Positions 9,048 to 20,197 are shown, counted from the stretch's first letter. The stretch is DNA of 64,000 bases from an uncultured Endomicrobiia bacterium (GCA_937936785.1 CALDDQ010000004.1:66801-130800), one strand, 5' to 3'. Numbers and translations: made by a program. Notes: generated from the sequence alone by a model not told the origin.

Positions 9048-11126
9048 TTAGAATCCAGTATTACTTTCTTCTATATCGGGAGTATTTTCCATCGGAACAT
9101 CATAAAATTCTGGTGAATATTGTGTTGGTTCAGTACCTTGAATAAAAGTTTCTACATATACACGTTTTGAACTGGAAGAAGGCAAAAGTCCAGTGTTTTT
9201 ATCAATAGTAACTTCAACAATTGTTGTTGGTTTATCAAAATCTTTATTAGGCAAATCTTTTGTTGCAAGTTTCATAAATTCTGTCCAAATAGGACAAGAA
9301 ATTCTACCGCCAGTAGCATCTTTACCTAAAGATTTTTTTGTATCAAATCCAACCCAAACACCGCAGGTAATGTCTGGGGTATATCCTATAAACCATGTGT
9401 CAGTATTATCATTGGTAGTGCCAGTTTTTCCAGCACAAATTTTTTTCAGATTTTTTGCATATTGTCCAGTGCCATTTTGGACTACACCTTTAAGTAACGA
9501 GGTAATAATATAGGCACTTTCGTGCGAAATTACTATGTTTTCAACAGGTTTATATTCTTCAAGTATATTTCCAAACTTATCTCTGATTTCAATTATACCA
9601 TAAGGAGTTGTTTTTATCCCATTATTTGCAAGTACATTATATGCAGAAGTTAGTTCTAAAAGGTATACTTCAGAAGCACCAAGAGCTAAAGAAAATGTGT
9701 TTGTAAGAGGAGTTTTGATTCCAAGTTTTCTTGCATATTCTATTACGTTTGTAGGTCCTACTTCCATTATTAGTCTGATAGAACAGGAGTTTAATGATAG
9801 TTCTAATGCTTGTCTTAATAAAACTTTTCCATAGTATTTATTTTTATAATTTTCTGGTTGCCAGATATTTTTAGGATCTGTTGGAAGTTGCTTTTTAGGA
9901 AAGTTTTCAACTGGAATTTCGGCAAAGTTTGTTGTAGTTGCAACTAATCTCCAATCAATACCGTCATTGACAAAAAATAGTGGAGTATCTTCTATTATTG
10001 AAGCTGGTGTAAAACCATGTTCTATGGCTGCTAAATATACAATAGGTTTAAATGAAGAACCGGGTTGTCTTAAAGCTTGTGTTGAACGGTTAAACTGTGA
10101 TTTTCTAAAATCTTTTCCTCCGACCATTGCAAGTATTCCACCAGTTTTAGTATCCAAAGCAACTAATGCTCCCTGGACATCTATAGTAGATTTTACCACA
10201 TTAGAAAGTTGTGATATTTGTGCAACTAAAATTTCTTCTGCATAACGTTGCATTTTAAAATCAAGAGTTGTTTTTATAACAAGTCCACCTTGATATAAAA
10301 CCTCATCAGGGTAACGAGGTTCAAGTTGTTCTTTTAGGTATTCAATAAAATAAGGTGCTGTCGCAGAAGATGTTGGGAAAGTTACAATTTCAATATCTTC
10401 TTTTATAGCCGAATTATATTCTTCTTGTGAAATAAATTTTAATTCCAGCATTCGTTTTAGTACAACATTTCTTCTCTTAATTGCGCGATTATAGTTTCTT
10501 ATAGGAGAATAATAATTTGGTGATCGCAACATTCCAGCTAACAAAGCAGATTCTGCAATTGTTAGATCTGATACATTTTTAGAAAAAAATATTTTTGAAG
10601 CTTGTCCCATTCCATAAGCTCCATGCCCGAGATAAATTTGATTCAAATACATCTCCAAAATTTCATTTTTAGAAAAGTTGTATTCAAGTTTTAATGCTAG
10701 TGCTAATTCTTTTAATTTACGTGTGATAGTTTTTCTTTGGGACAAAAAAGCGGTTCGTGCAAGTTGTTGTGTTATAGTAGATCCGCCAGCTGCAAACCTT
10801 ACTTTGATAAAATTGTCTATGAAAGCTTTTAGTATACGTTTGAAATTTATACCCCAATGTTTATAAAAGTTATGATCTTCAATTGCTAAGACAGCATTTT
10901 TTAAACTATCAGGGAATTCTTGATAAGTTGTCCAGGTTCGTTTTTCAGTAAAAAGTTCAGTAATAAGTAGTCCATTTCTATCCAGTATTTTTGTAGATAA
11001 AACAGGAGTATAATTTTGTAGTTCATCTCCTGAAGGTAAATTTTTGTATAAATTAAAAAAGTAATATATTCCCAACACAAACAACAAAAATAATGTTGCG
11101 GCGATATAGCTTAGATATTTTTTCAT
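9048..11126 (-). CDS. mrcA: Penicillin-binding protein 1A (bifunctional transglycosylase/transpeptidase)
   Basis: Signal-anchor at the N-terminus, GT51 motifs ('EDHNFYKHWGI', 'GGSTITQQLAR') and a transpeptidase 'SSFKP' motif. Confidence 0.9.
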   Translation of the reverse strand: MKKYLSYIAATLFLLFVLGIYYFFNLYKNLPSGDELQNYTPVLSTKILDRNGLLITELFTEKRTWTTYQEFPDSLKNAVLAIEDHNFYKHWGINFKRILKAFIDNFIKVRFAAGGSTITQQLARTAFLSQRKTITRKLKELALALKLEYNFSKNEILEMYLNQIYLGHGAYGMGQASKIFFSKNVSDLTIAESALLAGMLRSPNYYSPIRNYNRAIKRRNVVLKRMLELKFISQEEYNSAIKEDIEIVTFPTSSATAPYFIEYLKEQLEPRYPDEVLYQGGLVIKTTLDFKMQRYAEEILVAQISQLSNVVKSTIDVQGALVALDTKTGGILAMVGGKDFRKSQFNRSTQALRQPGSSFKPIVYLAAIEHGFTPASIIEDTPLFFVNDGIDWRLVATTTNFAEIPVENFPKKQLPTDPKNIWQPENYKNKYYGKVLLRQALELSLNSCSIRLIMEVGPTNVIEYARKLGIKTPLTNTFSLALGASEVYLLELTSAYNVLANNGIKTTPYGIIEIRDKFGNILEEYKPVENIVISHESAYIITSLLKGVVQNGTGQYAKNLKKICAGKTGTTNDNTDTWFIGYTPDITCGVWVGFDTKKSLGKDATGGRISCPIWTEFMKLATKDLPNKDFDKPTTIVEVTIDKNTGLLPSSSSKRVYVETFIQGTEPTQYSPEFYDVPMENTPDIEESNTGF

Positions 11127-11283
11127 AAGTAAGACACATAATACAAAAAAAAGTTTTATTAAGCAAGGATAGCAACTTTAAATGTTTAAGATTTTAAATT
11201 TGAGTTTTAAAAAATTGATTTTTAGATAATAAATTTGTATTTTACAAAAATACGCTCATGATAATTTTCGGAGGTTTTTAATA

Positions 11284-11976
11284 ATGAAATTTAATTTACC
11301 GATATCTTTTTTTAAGAAAGGTGGAAAAATTACTATAGGACAAAAAACTATCCAAACAGTTACTACGCAAAAACAATCAATCCTGCATCCTGAAATATCA
11401 AAACAAACAGAGACAGAATTAAACCTCAACACAGTAGATGCTTTAATAAAATCTCTTTCAGAGAGAGATCCATTTGTTAGAGCAATTGGGTGTGAAGTTT
11501 TAGGCAAAATGCGAGAAAAAAAAGCGTTAAAACAAATAATGATGTTATTAAAAGACCCATCTAAATATGTAAGAGAGAAAGCAGCGATAGCTTTAGGACA
11601 GATAGGAGATAAAAGAGCAGTTCCTATATTGGTTGAAGTATTAGAAAAAGATGATGCAGAGGAAGTTAGAGTAACAATTGCAGGTGTTTTGGGACATTTA
11701 AGAGATAGAGAAGCAGTTCCTGTTTTGATAAAAACTTTGGAAGATCCTTCACCTACTGCAAGAATGAAATCTGCAATATCGTTGGGATTAATAGGAGATG
11801 TTAATGCTATTACACCGTTATATAAAGTTTTAAAAGACCCACATGAGTTAGTCAGAAAATATGCTTGTGAAGCTTTAGGTAACATAGGTCGTGCAGCAAT
11901 ACCAGCATTACTTATGGCATTAAAAGATGAGAATGTTAGATCTCATGCAGCTCAGGTATTGATAAAGATTAAATAA
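11284..11976 (+). CDS. HEAT / PBS-lyase-like repeat protein
   Basis: Repeated 'VR..A..ALG.IGD..AVP.L...L.D' units. The true start may lie downstream of 11284. Confidence 0.65.
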   Translation: MKFNLPISFFKKGGKITIGQKTIQTVTTQKQSILHPEISKQTETELNLNTVDALIKSLSERDPFVRAIGCEVLGKMREKKALKQIMMLLKDPSKYVREKAAIALGQIGDKRAVPILVEVLEKDDAEEVRVTIAGVLGHLRDREAVPVLIKTLEDPSPTARMKSAISLGLIGDVNAITPLYKVLKDPHELVRKYACEALGNIGRAAIPALLMALKDENVRSHAAQVLIKIK

Positions 11977-12042
11977 AAATTTTTGTAAAAAACAGTTTTT
12001 GTTGTTAAACTAAAATATTTTAAAAAGGATGAAATTATAAAA

Positions 12043-14490
12043 ATGTTTTGGGAACAAAATTTTTCAGAGTTAGAGTTAAAATGGCAAAAATATTGGGAAG
12101 AAAATAAAATTTTTGAGTCACAGATTTTGAAAGATAAAAAGAAATTTTATTGTTTAGTAATGTTTCCCTATCCTTCAGGAAAAATTCATATGGGACATGT
12201 TAGAAATTATGTTATTGGAGATGTTATTGCACAATATAATAGAATGAAAGGGCATAATGTTTTTCATCCTATTGGTTGGGACGCATTTGGACTTCCTGCA
12301 GAAAATGCTGCAATAAAAAATAATATACATCCTGAACAATGGACAAGAGAGAATATATCTTTTATGCGCAAACAGTTAAAAAGATTAGGTATTAGTTATA
12401 ACTGGTCAAAAGAATTTGCAACCTGTGATCCAGAATATTACAAATGGAATCAATGGTTTTTTATTAAGATGTATGAAAAAGGGTTAGTATATAGAAAAAA
12501 ATCTGCGGTTAATTGGTGTCCAAAATGTGAGACAGTTCTTGCGAATGAGCAGGCACAAAACGGGACATGTTGGCGGTGTGATAGTGAAGTTTTACAAAAA
12601 GAAATTGAGCAATGGTTTATAAAAATTACAGATTATGCTCAAAGGTTACTTGATGGACACGAATTGTTAAAATCTGGTTGGCCACAAGAAGTTATTACAA
12701 TGCAAAAAAATTGGATTGGCAAATCTATCGGAGCAGAAGTGAAATTTAAAATAAAAGGATTAAATAAAGAACTTATAATTTTTACAACTCGGCCGGATAC
12801 ACTTTTTGGTGCTACATTTGTTTCTTTAGCACCAGAACACGAATTTTCGTTGGAAATTGCAAGAACTAATCACGAAGTAGCAGAGTATATTGAAAAAGTT
12901 TCAAAAGAAACAGTACAAGAACGTAAACTGTCAAAAGAAAAAACAGGTGTGTTCTCAAATTATTATGCGATAAACCCTGTAAATAACAGAGAAATTCCCA
13001 TATATGTTACTGATTATGTTTTAATGGAATATGGCACAGGGGCAATAATGTGTGTTCCTGCGCATGATAGACGAGATTTTGAGTTTGCCAAAAAGTTCGG
13101 GCTAGAAATTATTGAAGTTATTAAACCAAAGGAAGGTAAAACTTCATTACCAAAATCTGCATTTGAAGACGTAGGAATAATAACAAATTCTGGCGAATAT
13201 GATGGGTTAGAATCAGAGTTAGGTAAAGAAAAAATTGTTTTTATGTTAGAGAAAAAAGGTTTAGGAAAACAGAAAGTAAATTTTAGGTTAAAAGATTGGT
13301 TAATTTCTCGTCAACGTTTTTGGGGAACACCAATTCCAATGGTATATTGTGAAAAGTGTGGAATTGTTCCTGTGAAAGAAAACGAGTTGCCTGTGGTACT
13401 TCCAAAAGATATAAAAATTACTGGTTCTGGTGATTCTCCATTAAAAAATTCTAAAGATTTTTTGGACACAAAATGTCCAAAATGTAGTTCTTCTGCTAGA
13501 AGGGAAACTGATACAATGGATACATTTGTAGATTCTTCTTGGTATTATGTTCGTTATTGTGATCCAAAAAATTCTCAAGAACCTTTTGAAAAAAATATTG
13601 CAAAATATTGGTTACCAGTAGATCAATATGTAGGAGGTATAGAACATGCCTGTATGCATTTGATATATTCACGTTTTTGGCATAAGGTTATGTATGATTT
13701 AGGTTTGGTAGATACTGAAGAACCATTTTTAAATTTGTTAACCCAAGGAATGGTAACTTTAGGTGGAAGTGCGATGTCAAAATCTAAAGGTAATATTGTA
13801 GAACCAGATGTTATTATTACGAAATATGGTGCTGACACTACAAGATTATTTATATTATTTGCAGCACCACCTGAAAAACAACTTGATTGGAATGATAGTG
13901 GTGTTGAGGGTTGTTGGAGATTTATTAACCGAGTTGATAGGTTAGTAGAAAAAGTTTTAAATAAAAATTTTAAAGAAGAAAAAAGTGAAGAATATAACAT
14001 TGCTAAAAATGGTTTATTGAAACAGTATAATAAACAACTTAAAAGTATAACTGAAGATATAGAAAAAAATTATCAATTTAATACTGTTATAGCGAAAATT
14101 ATGGAACTTACAAATTATTTATATTCATACAAATACTTAGGAGACAGTGTTTCAAAAGAAGTGATAAAAAATTTGGTTGTAATATTAAGTTTATTTACTC
14201 CACATATGTGTGAAGAGTTATGGAAAAAATTTAATGAAGAAGAATCTGTCAGGGTGAAACCATGGCCGGTCTATGATTCTGAATTTGTAAAAGATGAAGA
14301 AGTTGAAATTCCAGTTCAGGTTAATGGTAAGTTACGTGCAAGGATTGTTGTTGAGCGTGGTTTGGATGAAGAGAAAGTTAAAGAAAAAGTTTTATCTGAT
14401 AAAAAAATTAAGTCTTTGATAGGTTTGGACAAAATTGTTAAGTGGATAATAATTCCAGACAAACTTATTAACATAGTAATTCGGGGGTAA
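12043..14490 (+). CDS. leuS: Leucyl-tRNA synthetase
   Basis: 815 aa with 'FPYPSGKIHMGHVRNY' (HIGH motif) and 'KMSKSKGN' (KMSKS motif). Confidence 0.95.
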   Translation: MFWEQNFSELELKWQKYWEENKIFESQILKDKKKFYCLVMFPYPSGKIHMGHVRNYVIGDVIAQYNRMKGHNVFHPIGWDAFGLPAENAAIKNNIHPEQWTRENISFMRKQLKRLGISYNWSKEFATCDPEYYKWNQWFFIKMYEKGLVYRKKSAVNWCPKCETVLANEQAQNGTCWRCDSEVLQKEIEQWFIKITDYAQRLLDGHELLKSGWPQEVITMQKNWIGKSIGAEVKFKIKGLNKELIIFTTRPDTLFGATFVSLAPEHEFSLEIARTNHEVAEYIEKVSKETVQERKLSKEKTGVFSNYYAINPVNNREIPIYVTDYVLMEYGTGAIMCVPAHDRRDFEFAKKFGLEIIEVIKPKEGKTSLPKSAFEDVGIITNSGEYDGLESELGKEKIVFMLEKKGLGKQKVNFRLKDWLISRQRFWGTPIPMVYCEKCGIVPVKENELPVVLPKDIKITGSGDSPLKNSKDFLDTKCPKCSSSARRETDTMDTFVDSSWYYVRYCDPKNSQEPFEKNIAKYWLPVDQYVGGIEHACMHLIYSRFWHKVMYDLGLVDTEEPFLNLLTQGMVTLGGSAMSKSKGNIVEPDVIITKYGADTTRLFILFAAPPEKQLDWNDSGVEGCWRFINRVDRLVEKVLNKNFKEEKSEEYNIAKNGLLKQYNKQLKSITEDIEKNYQFNTVIAKIMELTNYLYSYKYLGDSVSKEVIKNLVVILSLFTPHMCEELWKKFNEEESVRVKPWPVYDSEFVKDEEVEIPVQVNGKLRARIVVERGLDEEKVKEKVLSDKKIKSLIGLDKIVKWIIIPDKLINIVIRG

Positions 14491-14492
14491 AA

Positions 14493-15047
14493 ATGAAAAA
14501 TGTTTTAATAAAAAATTTTTTTGTTTTAATTTTAATATTCTTATTTGGTTGTGAAAGTTTTCAGCCATCGGTTCAGGTTTTACCTTCTCATATTAAGAAA
14601 CTTTCCGTGCAACAGTTTGTTAACAAAACAAACATTTTTGGATTAGAAGAAAAACTTAAATTAAATACAATTAACGAATTTTTATTAGATGGACGGTTTG
14701 AGATTGAACCTGAAACTAAGGATAGTGATGGGTATATTACGGGAGAAATTTTGTACTACATTTTACAACCAATATCTTATGGACCAAACTATGAACCTCA
14801 ACAGTATAAACTTAGATTAATTATAAACTTTTATTTTGTTGATAAGGCTAACAATGTAACTTTATGGTCTGAACCTAACATTGAAGAAGTTTTATATTTT
14901 TTATCTGCAACATTTCCTGGAGGACTTACAGAAGAAGAAGCTAAAAATACTATTTTGATTAATATGGCAAAAAAAATTTATATAAGGACAATTGAAGGAT
15001 TTGGTTCTGTTACTGGAACTTCGCATAAAAAAGTTCCTCAAAAATAA
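14493..15047 (+). CDS. lptE: LptE-like outer-membrane lipoprotein
   Basis: Signal peptide with lipobox 'LFGC'. It sits in the conserved position between leuS and holA. Confidence 0.5.
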   Translation: MKNVLIKNFFVLILIFLFGCESFQPSVQVLPSHIKKLSVQQFVNKTNIFGLEEKLKLNTINEFLLDGRFEIEPETKDSDGYITGEILYYILQPISYGPNYEPQQYKLRLIINFYFVDKANNVTLWSEPNIEEVLYFLSATFPGGLTEEEAKNTILINMAKKIYIRTIEGFGSVTGTSHKKVPQK

Positions 15048-15051
15048 TTTT

Positions 15052-15963
15052 ATGAACAATTATTCATATAAACAGTTTAAAAAAAATTTTGATCTTGTAA
15101 TTAAAAAAGAAAAAAAATATTTTTTTTATGGTGAAAACAATTTTTCTATGATTGCTATGGTAGATTTTATGATAAAAAAACTTGTTAATGCATATAAAGA
15201 AACAGTATATGCAGGTGATTTGGCTATAGAACAAATTTATTCAAAATTATCTACTGCAACATTATTTTCTGAAAAAACGGTTATAGTATTACGTAATTAT
15301 GACATTTCTAAAAAAAAGTTTCGTAGTTCGTTAATAGATTTTATAAAAAATTATACTTGTGAACAATATTTTATAATAATGTATGAGAAAGAAATACCTT
15401 ATTATGAAAAACAAAAAGATGATACAATTAAATATTTATTAAACAACACAGTTGCAGTAAATTTTTCAAATTTCACAAAACAAGAAATTATTGATGAATT
15501 TATTCCAGAAAACTGTAATAAAGATATTACCCAGGAAGGAAAAGAGTTATTGTATGAAAATGTTGGGCATGATATGTGGTTGTTATATAATGAGTTACAA
15601 AAAATTTCTTATTGCGATATAAGTACAAATATAGTAACAGAATCTGATATTAAAAAACATTGTAGTGTATATGAAGTGTCAGAGATTAAAGATTTATTAT
15701 CCAACATTGAAAACCATGATATTTCAAAAAGTTTGGCTGTACTAAACATACTATTTTCTACCGGGATAGAGCCTATACACATTTTAGTCGCAATATATAG
15801 ATATTTTAGAAAACAATTTTTATGGGGAAAGTTTCAGCCAACAAAGTCGTATAAAATACTTAAAGAACTTTATGATACTGATTACAAACTAAAATCTACA
15901 AACAACAAACACTACATTATAGAAACTTCAGTTTTAAATTTATGCAAAATTATGAATAGTTAA
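15052..15963 (+). CDS. holA: DNA polymerase III delta subunit
   Basis: Delta-like sequence downstream of the lptE-like gene. The ATG at 15052 was chosen over the overlapping ORF start at 14992. Confidence 0.7.
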   Translation: MNNYSYKQFKKNFDLVIKKEKKYFFYGENNFSMIAMVDFMIKKLVNAYKETVYAGDLAIEQIYSKLSTATLFSEKTVIVLRNYDISKKKFRSSLIDFIKNYTCEQYFIIMYEKEIPYYEKQKDDTIKYLLNNTVAVNFSNFTKQEIIDEFIPENCNKDITQEGKELLYENVGHDMWLLYNELQKISYCDISTNIVTESDIKKHCSVYEVSEIKDLLSNIENHDISKSLAVLNILFSTGIEPIHILVAIYRYFRKQFLWGKFQPTKSYKILKELYDTDYKLKSTNNKHYIIETSVLNLCKIMNS

Positions 15964-15968
15964 TTTTT

Positions 15969-16250
15969 TTATTTTAAACTTTTAGCAATACTTTTTGCAA
16001 CTTGTGATTTTAATCTTGCAGCTTTGTTTTTATGGATAAAATTTATTTTAGCAGCTTTATCAACAATTTTATAAAATTGTTTAATAAGATCTTTTAGTTT
16101 TGTAGAATCTTTATCTGAGATAAGTTTTATAATTTGTTTTTTTAACTGTGATATTTTTGTTTTAAATTGCAGGTTATGTTGATGTCTTTTTATAGATTTT
16201 CGTGTTTCTTTAATACTGGAAGTGTGTCTTCCGGTTTTAAGTTTTGCCAT
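15969..16250 (-). CDS. rpsT: 30S ribosomal protein S20
   Basis: 93 aa, very basic. 'MAKLKTGRHTSSIKETRKSIKRHQHNLQFK...AKSIAKS' is a typical S20 sequence. Confidence 0.9.
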   Translation of the reverse strand: MAKLKTGRHTSSIKETRKSIKRHQHNLQFKTKISQLKKQIIKLISDKDSTKLKDLIKQFYKIVDKAAKINFIHKNKAARLKSQVAKSIAKSLK

Positions 16251-16324
16251 AAAAATTTCTCCTTAAAAATTAAGTTTGTTGATTGGTAGTAATATAAATA
16301 TTTAAATGTTAAAGTCAATAAATT

Positions 16325-17881
16325 ATGAAAAAAAGTAACAATTTGTTAAAAGAGATGTCATTTGTTTCTTTAGGCACGATGTTTTCACGTGTGATGGGAT
16401 ATTGTAGAGACATGTTAGTCGCAAACGTTTTTGGAGCAAGTTTTTTTGCAGATGCATTTTATGCTGCATTTAGGATACCAAACCTTTTTAGACGACTTTT
16501 TGGCGAAAGTTCGCTTAATGCTGCGTTTGTTCCTGTGTTAAGCGAATATTTAGGTGTGAAATCAAAGAATGAAACTGAAGAACTAATTTCAGCAGTTGCA
16601 ACTGTTCTTTTTGTGATTTTAGGGATTATAACTATTTTAGGAATTATATTTTCATATCCTATTACAAAAACAATAACATTTGGCTTTCCTGAAGATAAGT
16701 TAACGTTAACGTCAAGGTTGTTACAAATAATGTTTCCATTCATGTGGTTAATATGTCTTTCAGCGCTTGGGCTTAGTATTTTAAATTGTATGAAGGTATT
16801 TTTTATTCCAGCGGCATCATCTGCATCATTGTCTGTTACAGAAATAATTTTTATATTATTTTTTTTAAATTTTTTACCACCAGAAAAACGTATTGAAGGT
16901 TTGGCGGTGAGTGTGGTTGTTGGTGGAATGTTACAATTAGGCATAAATTTTTATTTGGTTAAATTAAAAAAGTATTCTATAAAAATAAAGATAAAAGATT
17001 TTTTCAATTTATTGAATATTGAATCAGTAAAACGAGTAATAATGTTGTTTATTCCTGTGATAATAGGTTTTTCTTTAGACCAGATAAATGCTTTAATAGA
17101 CACATTATGTGCTTCATTTTTAAAAGAAGGTTCCGTGACTGCATTATATTATTCAAATAGATTAATGCAATTACCGTTAGCATTATTTGGTACGGCACTT
17201 GCTACAGTTGCTTTACCTAAAATGTCTAAAGATTTTGTTGTAAATGAATCAAAAGATATTAGTGAAACAATAAATAGTGCTATACGTAATGTAATTTTTT
17301 TTCTTTTTCCTGCTTCAGTAGGTTTAGTAATTTTAGGTAAACCTATAATTGTAACACTTTTTGAACGTGGAAATTTTTTACATTCAGCATCGTTGATGAC
17401 ATATTCATGTTTAACATACTATTCTTTAGGATTAGTGTTTTTTTCAATATCAAAGATATTAATTAGTTCTTTTTATGCAATGAAAACACCTTCGGTTCCG
17501 GTAAAAATTGTTTCATTTTGTATTGTTATAAATTTGTTTTTTAACATAATTCTGATGAAGTATTTAGAAGTTGGTGGACTTGCATTAGCAACAACAATTT
17601 CTTCTTTTATTGCTTGTATTTTGTTGGTTAATAGATTAAAGAAAAGAATTGAGATAAAAATATTTAATACAGAGATGAAAAAGTTTTTAATAAAAATTTT
17701 TATAATAAATGTATTTATGGCCACAATAATATATGCAATAAAAATATATTTTGCAAAATCTTATTTTTTTATTACTTTTGTCGGAATTCTTTTATCAGTA
17801 ACATTTTATATTTTTGCAACAAGACTGCTAAAAATAGAAGAAACAAAAATAATCTTTTCTTGGTTAAACAGAATTTTTTAA
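16325..17881 (+). CDS. murJ: Lipid II flippase MurJ
   Basis: Multi-TM protein with 'TMFSRVMGYCRDMLVANVFGAS...DAFYAAFRIPNLFRRLFGE', matching the MurJ/MviN N-terminus. Confidence 0.9.
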   Translation: MKKSNNLLKEMSFVSLGTMFSRVMGYCRDMLVANVFGASFFADAFYAAFRIPNLFRRLFGESSLNAAFVPVLSEYLGVKSKNETEELISAVATVLFVILGIITILGIIFSYPITKTITFGFPEDKLTLTSRLLQIMFPFMWLICLSALGLSILNCMKVFFIPAASSASLSVTEIIFILFFLNFLPPEKRIEGLAVSVVVGGMLQLGINFYLVKLKKYSIKIKIKDFFNLLNIESVKRVIMLFIPVIIGFSLDQINALIDTLCASFLKEGSVTALYYSNRLMQLPLALFGTALATVALPKMSKDFVVNESKDISETINSAIRNVIFFLFPASVGLVILGKPIIVTLFERGNFLHSASLMTYSCLTYYSLGLVFFSISKILISSFYAMKTPSVPVKIVSFCIVINLFFNIILMKYLEVGGLALATTISSFIACILLVNRLKKRIEIKIFNTEMKKFLIKIFIINVFMATIIYAIKIYFAKSYFFITFVGILLSVTFYIFATRLLKIEETKIIFSWLNRIF

Positions 17882-17889
17882 GGGTTTAA

Positions 17890-19230
17890 ATGATAACGAA
17901 TTTTAATACAATTCCAAATCTTCCTGGTGTATACATAATGCGTGATGCAAAAAATACTATAGTTTACATAGGTAAGGCGAAAAATTTGAATAATAGAATA
18001 AAATCATATTTCTATGGAGAAAAAGGTGGTAATCGTATTATAAACATAATGTTTTACAATGTAAAAGAAATTGACTATGTGGTGTGCGGGTCAGAGCAGG
18101 AAGCATTGTTGTTAGAACAAAAATTAATTCATGCAATTAAACCTTTGTATAATGTTTCCTGGAAAGATGATAAATCATATCCTTTTTTAGAGATAACTTT
18201 GGAAGATAATTTTCCAAAAATAAATTTTATTCGAAAAATAATTTCAGTAAGTGATAATGAAAAAATTGTAAAAGAAAACAAAAATAACAGATATTTTGGC
18301 CCGTATCCAAGTGCACAAAAGTTGAAATATTTTATTTTATGGTTATCAAAATTTTTTAGGTTAAGATTATGCAAATATGATTCAGCTAAGTTTCCAGGTA
18401 GAACAAAAGAAGAACAATTTTTATATGAATCTTGTATTTATAACCAGACAAATCAATGTTTTGCTCCGTGTTTAAATAAAATATCTAAGAAAGAATATGA
18501 CAAAATTATAAAAAATGTGGTCTTATTTTTAAGAGGAAAATGGAAACGATTGTTGTCTAAGTTAAACAAACAAATGCAAGAATATTCAAAAAATAATGAT
18601 TATGAGAAAGCTATAGTACTAAGAGATATTATTAAACATTTTTATTCTATGAGAGAAAGATTTATTGTGAAAGAGACTAATGAAAAAAAATTAATAAATA
18701 GTACAATAAATATTATAGAAAAACTGAAAGGAATTAAGAAAAAGTTTGATTTAAAGGAGACTCCTGTTATTATGGATGCAGTTGATGTTTCAAATTTTTC
18801 AGGAGATTATGCAGTAGGTTCTGTGGTAAGGTTTGTTAATGGTGTCCCGGATAAAAAATCGTATCGTAAATTTAAGATAAAAACAGTTTTTGGACAGAAT
18901 GATTTTAATATGATGCAAGAAATAGTTTTGAGAAGATATTTTCGTCTAATGGTAGAAAAACAACAACTGCCACATCTTTTGTTAATTGATGGTGGTAGAG
19001 GACATTTAAATGTTGTGTATAAAATTATTAAAAAATTAAATTTATCTGAAAAAATAGATTTGTTATCAATTGCTAAAAAAAATGATGAGATATATTGTTT
19101 AGATAAAAACACTCCTGTTAAATTAGATAATTCTGAACAAGATAACATTTTAAGATTTTTAAGAGATGAAGCACATAGGTTTGCTATTAGTTACAATCGT
19201 AAAATTAGGAAAAAAAATTTGTTTGTTTAA
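17890..19230 (+). CDS. uvrC: UvrC-like excinuclease (GIY-YIG, UvrBC-interaction and RNase H-like nuclease domains; lacks the C-terminal (HhH)2)
   Basis: GIY-YIG motif 'PGVYIMRDAKNTIVYIGKAKNL', a UVR-like segment, and the UvrC nuclease-domain motif 'LLLIDGGRGHLNVV'. The protein ends right after the nuclease domain at 446 aa. Confidence 0.75.
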   Translation: MITNFNTIPNLPGVYIMRDAKNTIVYIGKAKNLNNRIKSYFYGEKGGNRIINIMFYNVKEIDYVVCGSEQEALLLEQKLIHAIKPLYNVSWKDDKSYPFLEITLEDNFPKINFIRKIISVSDNEKIVKENKNNRYFGPYPSAQKLKYFILWLSKFFRLRLCKYDSAKFPGRTKEEQFLYESCIYNQTNQCFAPCLNKISKKEYDKIIKNVVLFLRGKWKRLLSKLNKQMQEYSKNNDYEKAIVLRDIIKHFYSMRERFIVKETNEKKLINSTINIIEKLKGIKKKFDLKETPVIMDAVDVSNFSGDYAVGSVVRFVNGVPDKKSYRKFKIKTVFGQNDFNMMQEIVLRRYFRLMVEKQQLPHLLLIDGGRGHLNVVYKIIKKLNLSEKIDLLSIAKKNDEIYCLDKNTPVKLDNSEQDNILRFLRDEAHRFAISYNRKIRKKNLFV

Positions 19231-19288
19231 ATTTTGTTTTTAAGTCAAGGATTGAATTTTAACAGGAATATATTATATAAAAAAATAT

Positions 19289-20197
19289 ATGAACAAAATA
19301 TTTTTAATATTACTGACAATAATTTTTGTAGTAGGGTTGATATTCATAAATTTATTTGCAAACATAAAACTAAAATCACCAAAAACAAATATTAAAGAGT
19401 TGGTTTATAGTAATAGTTTGTACATTAATACAAGAGATGATACTGTAGAAAATTTGTTGGAAGACTTAAGATTAAAGGTTATCCGCAACTTAGATAGGTT
19501 AGTAATAAGTGACTACACTTATAAAAATAATGAATCATTAAATACAATTGCAAGTATGTATGGTACAGATGTTAATACTATTTGTAGCACAAATTATATA
19601 GAAGCAATTGGACTTTTGTATACGGGGAAACGTTTAGTGGTTCATAATAAGAGAGGTTTATTGTATAAAGTTAAACCAGGAGAAACATTAACTACAATTG
19701 CAAAAAAATTTAAAAAGTCAGAGGAAGAATTGTTGTTAGCTAATGACAAACCTGGAATTTATGAATTTCAAACAGGGGAGTATGTTTATATTCCTGGAGC
19801 ATATTTAAGATTTAAAGATTTTATGGTTCCTATGTTTAATTCAAAGATAACTTCTGGTTTTGGTAACAGAATTCATCCCATATTCGGAGTGTTAAAATTT
19901 CACGAAGGGATAGATTTAAAACAAAAATATGGTACACCAGTTAGAGCATCCTGTGATGGAAAAGTAATTTTTGCTGGTTGGGCAGAAGGTTATGGCAAAC
20001 TTGTTATATTAAAACATTTCAAAGGATATACAACATATTATGGTCATTTGTCTAAAATACGAGTTAAGGTTGGGACATATGTTAATAAAGGACAAATAAT
20101 AGGTAACGTTGGTGCTACAGGATGGACAACAGGACCACATTTACATTTTGAAGTTAGAAAAAATGGTGTTCCAGTAGATCCAAGAAAAGTTTTTTAA
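19289..20197 (+). CDS. M23 family metallopeptidase with a LysM domain
   Basis: LysM-like segment plus M23 motifs 'HEGIDL', 'YGHLS' and 'GPHLHFEV'. Confidence 0.85.
   Translation: MNKIFLILLTIIFVVGLIFINLFANIKLKSPKTNIKELVYSNSLYINTRDDTVENLLEDLRLKVIRNLDRLVISDYTYKNNESLNTIASMYGTDVNTICSTNYIEAIGLLYTGKRLVVHNKRGLLYKVKPGETLTTIAKKFKKSEEELLLANDKPGIYEFQTGEYVYIPGAYLRFKDFMVPMFNSKITSGFGNRIHPIFGVLKFHEGIDLKQKYGTPVRASCDGKVIFAGWAEGYGKLVILKHFKGYTTYYGHLSKIRVKVGTYVNKGQIIGNVGATGWTTGPHLHFEVRKNGVPVDPRKVF

Noticed and set aside
14992-15051. Upstream extension of holA overlapping the 3' end of the lptE-like gene
   Set aside because: The ATG at 15052 immediately follows the lptE stop and gives a conventional delta N-terminus. 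The longer ORF is probably read-through in the ORF track.
16459-16944. 161-aa minus-strand ORF inside murJ. Similar antisense ORFs lie within leuS (13623-14000), fchA (41173-41622), ahcY (58536-59036), mrcA (9193-9513 and others) and the 3850-5373 membrane gene (5029-5217)
   Set aside because: Each lies entirely inside a well-supported gene on the opposite strand. Translations are low-complexity and Ile/Phe/Lys-rich, as expected from chance ORFs in AT-rich DNA. None has an RBS.
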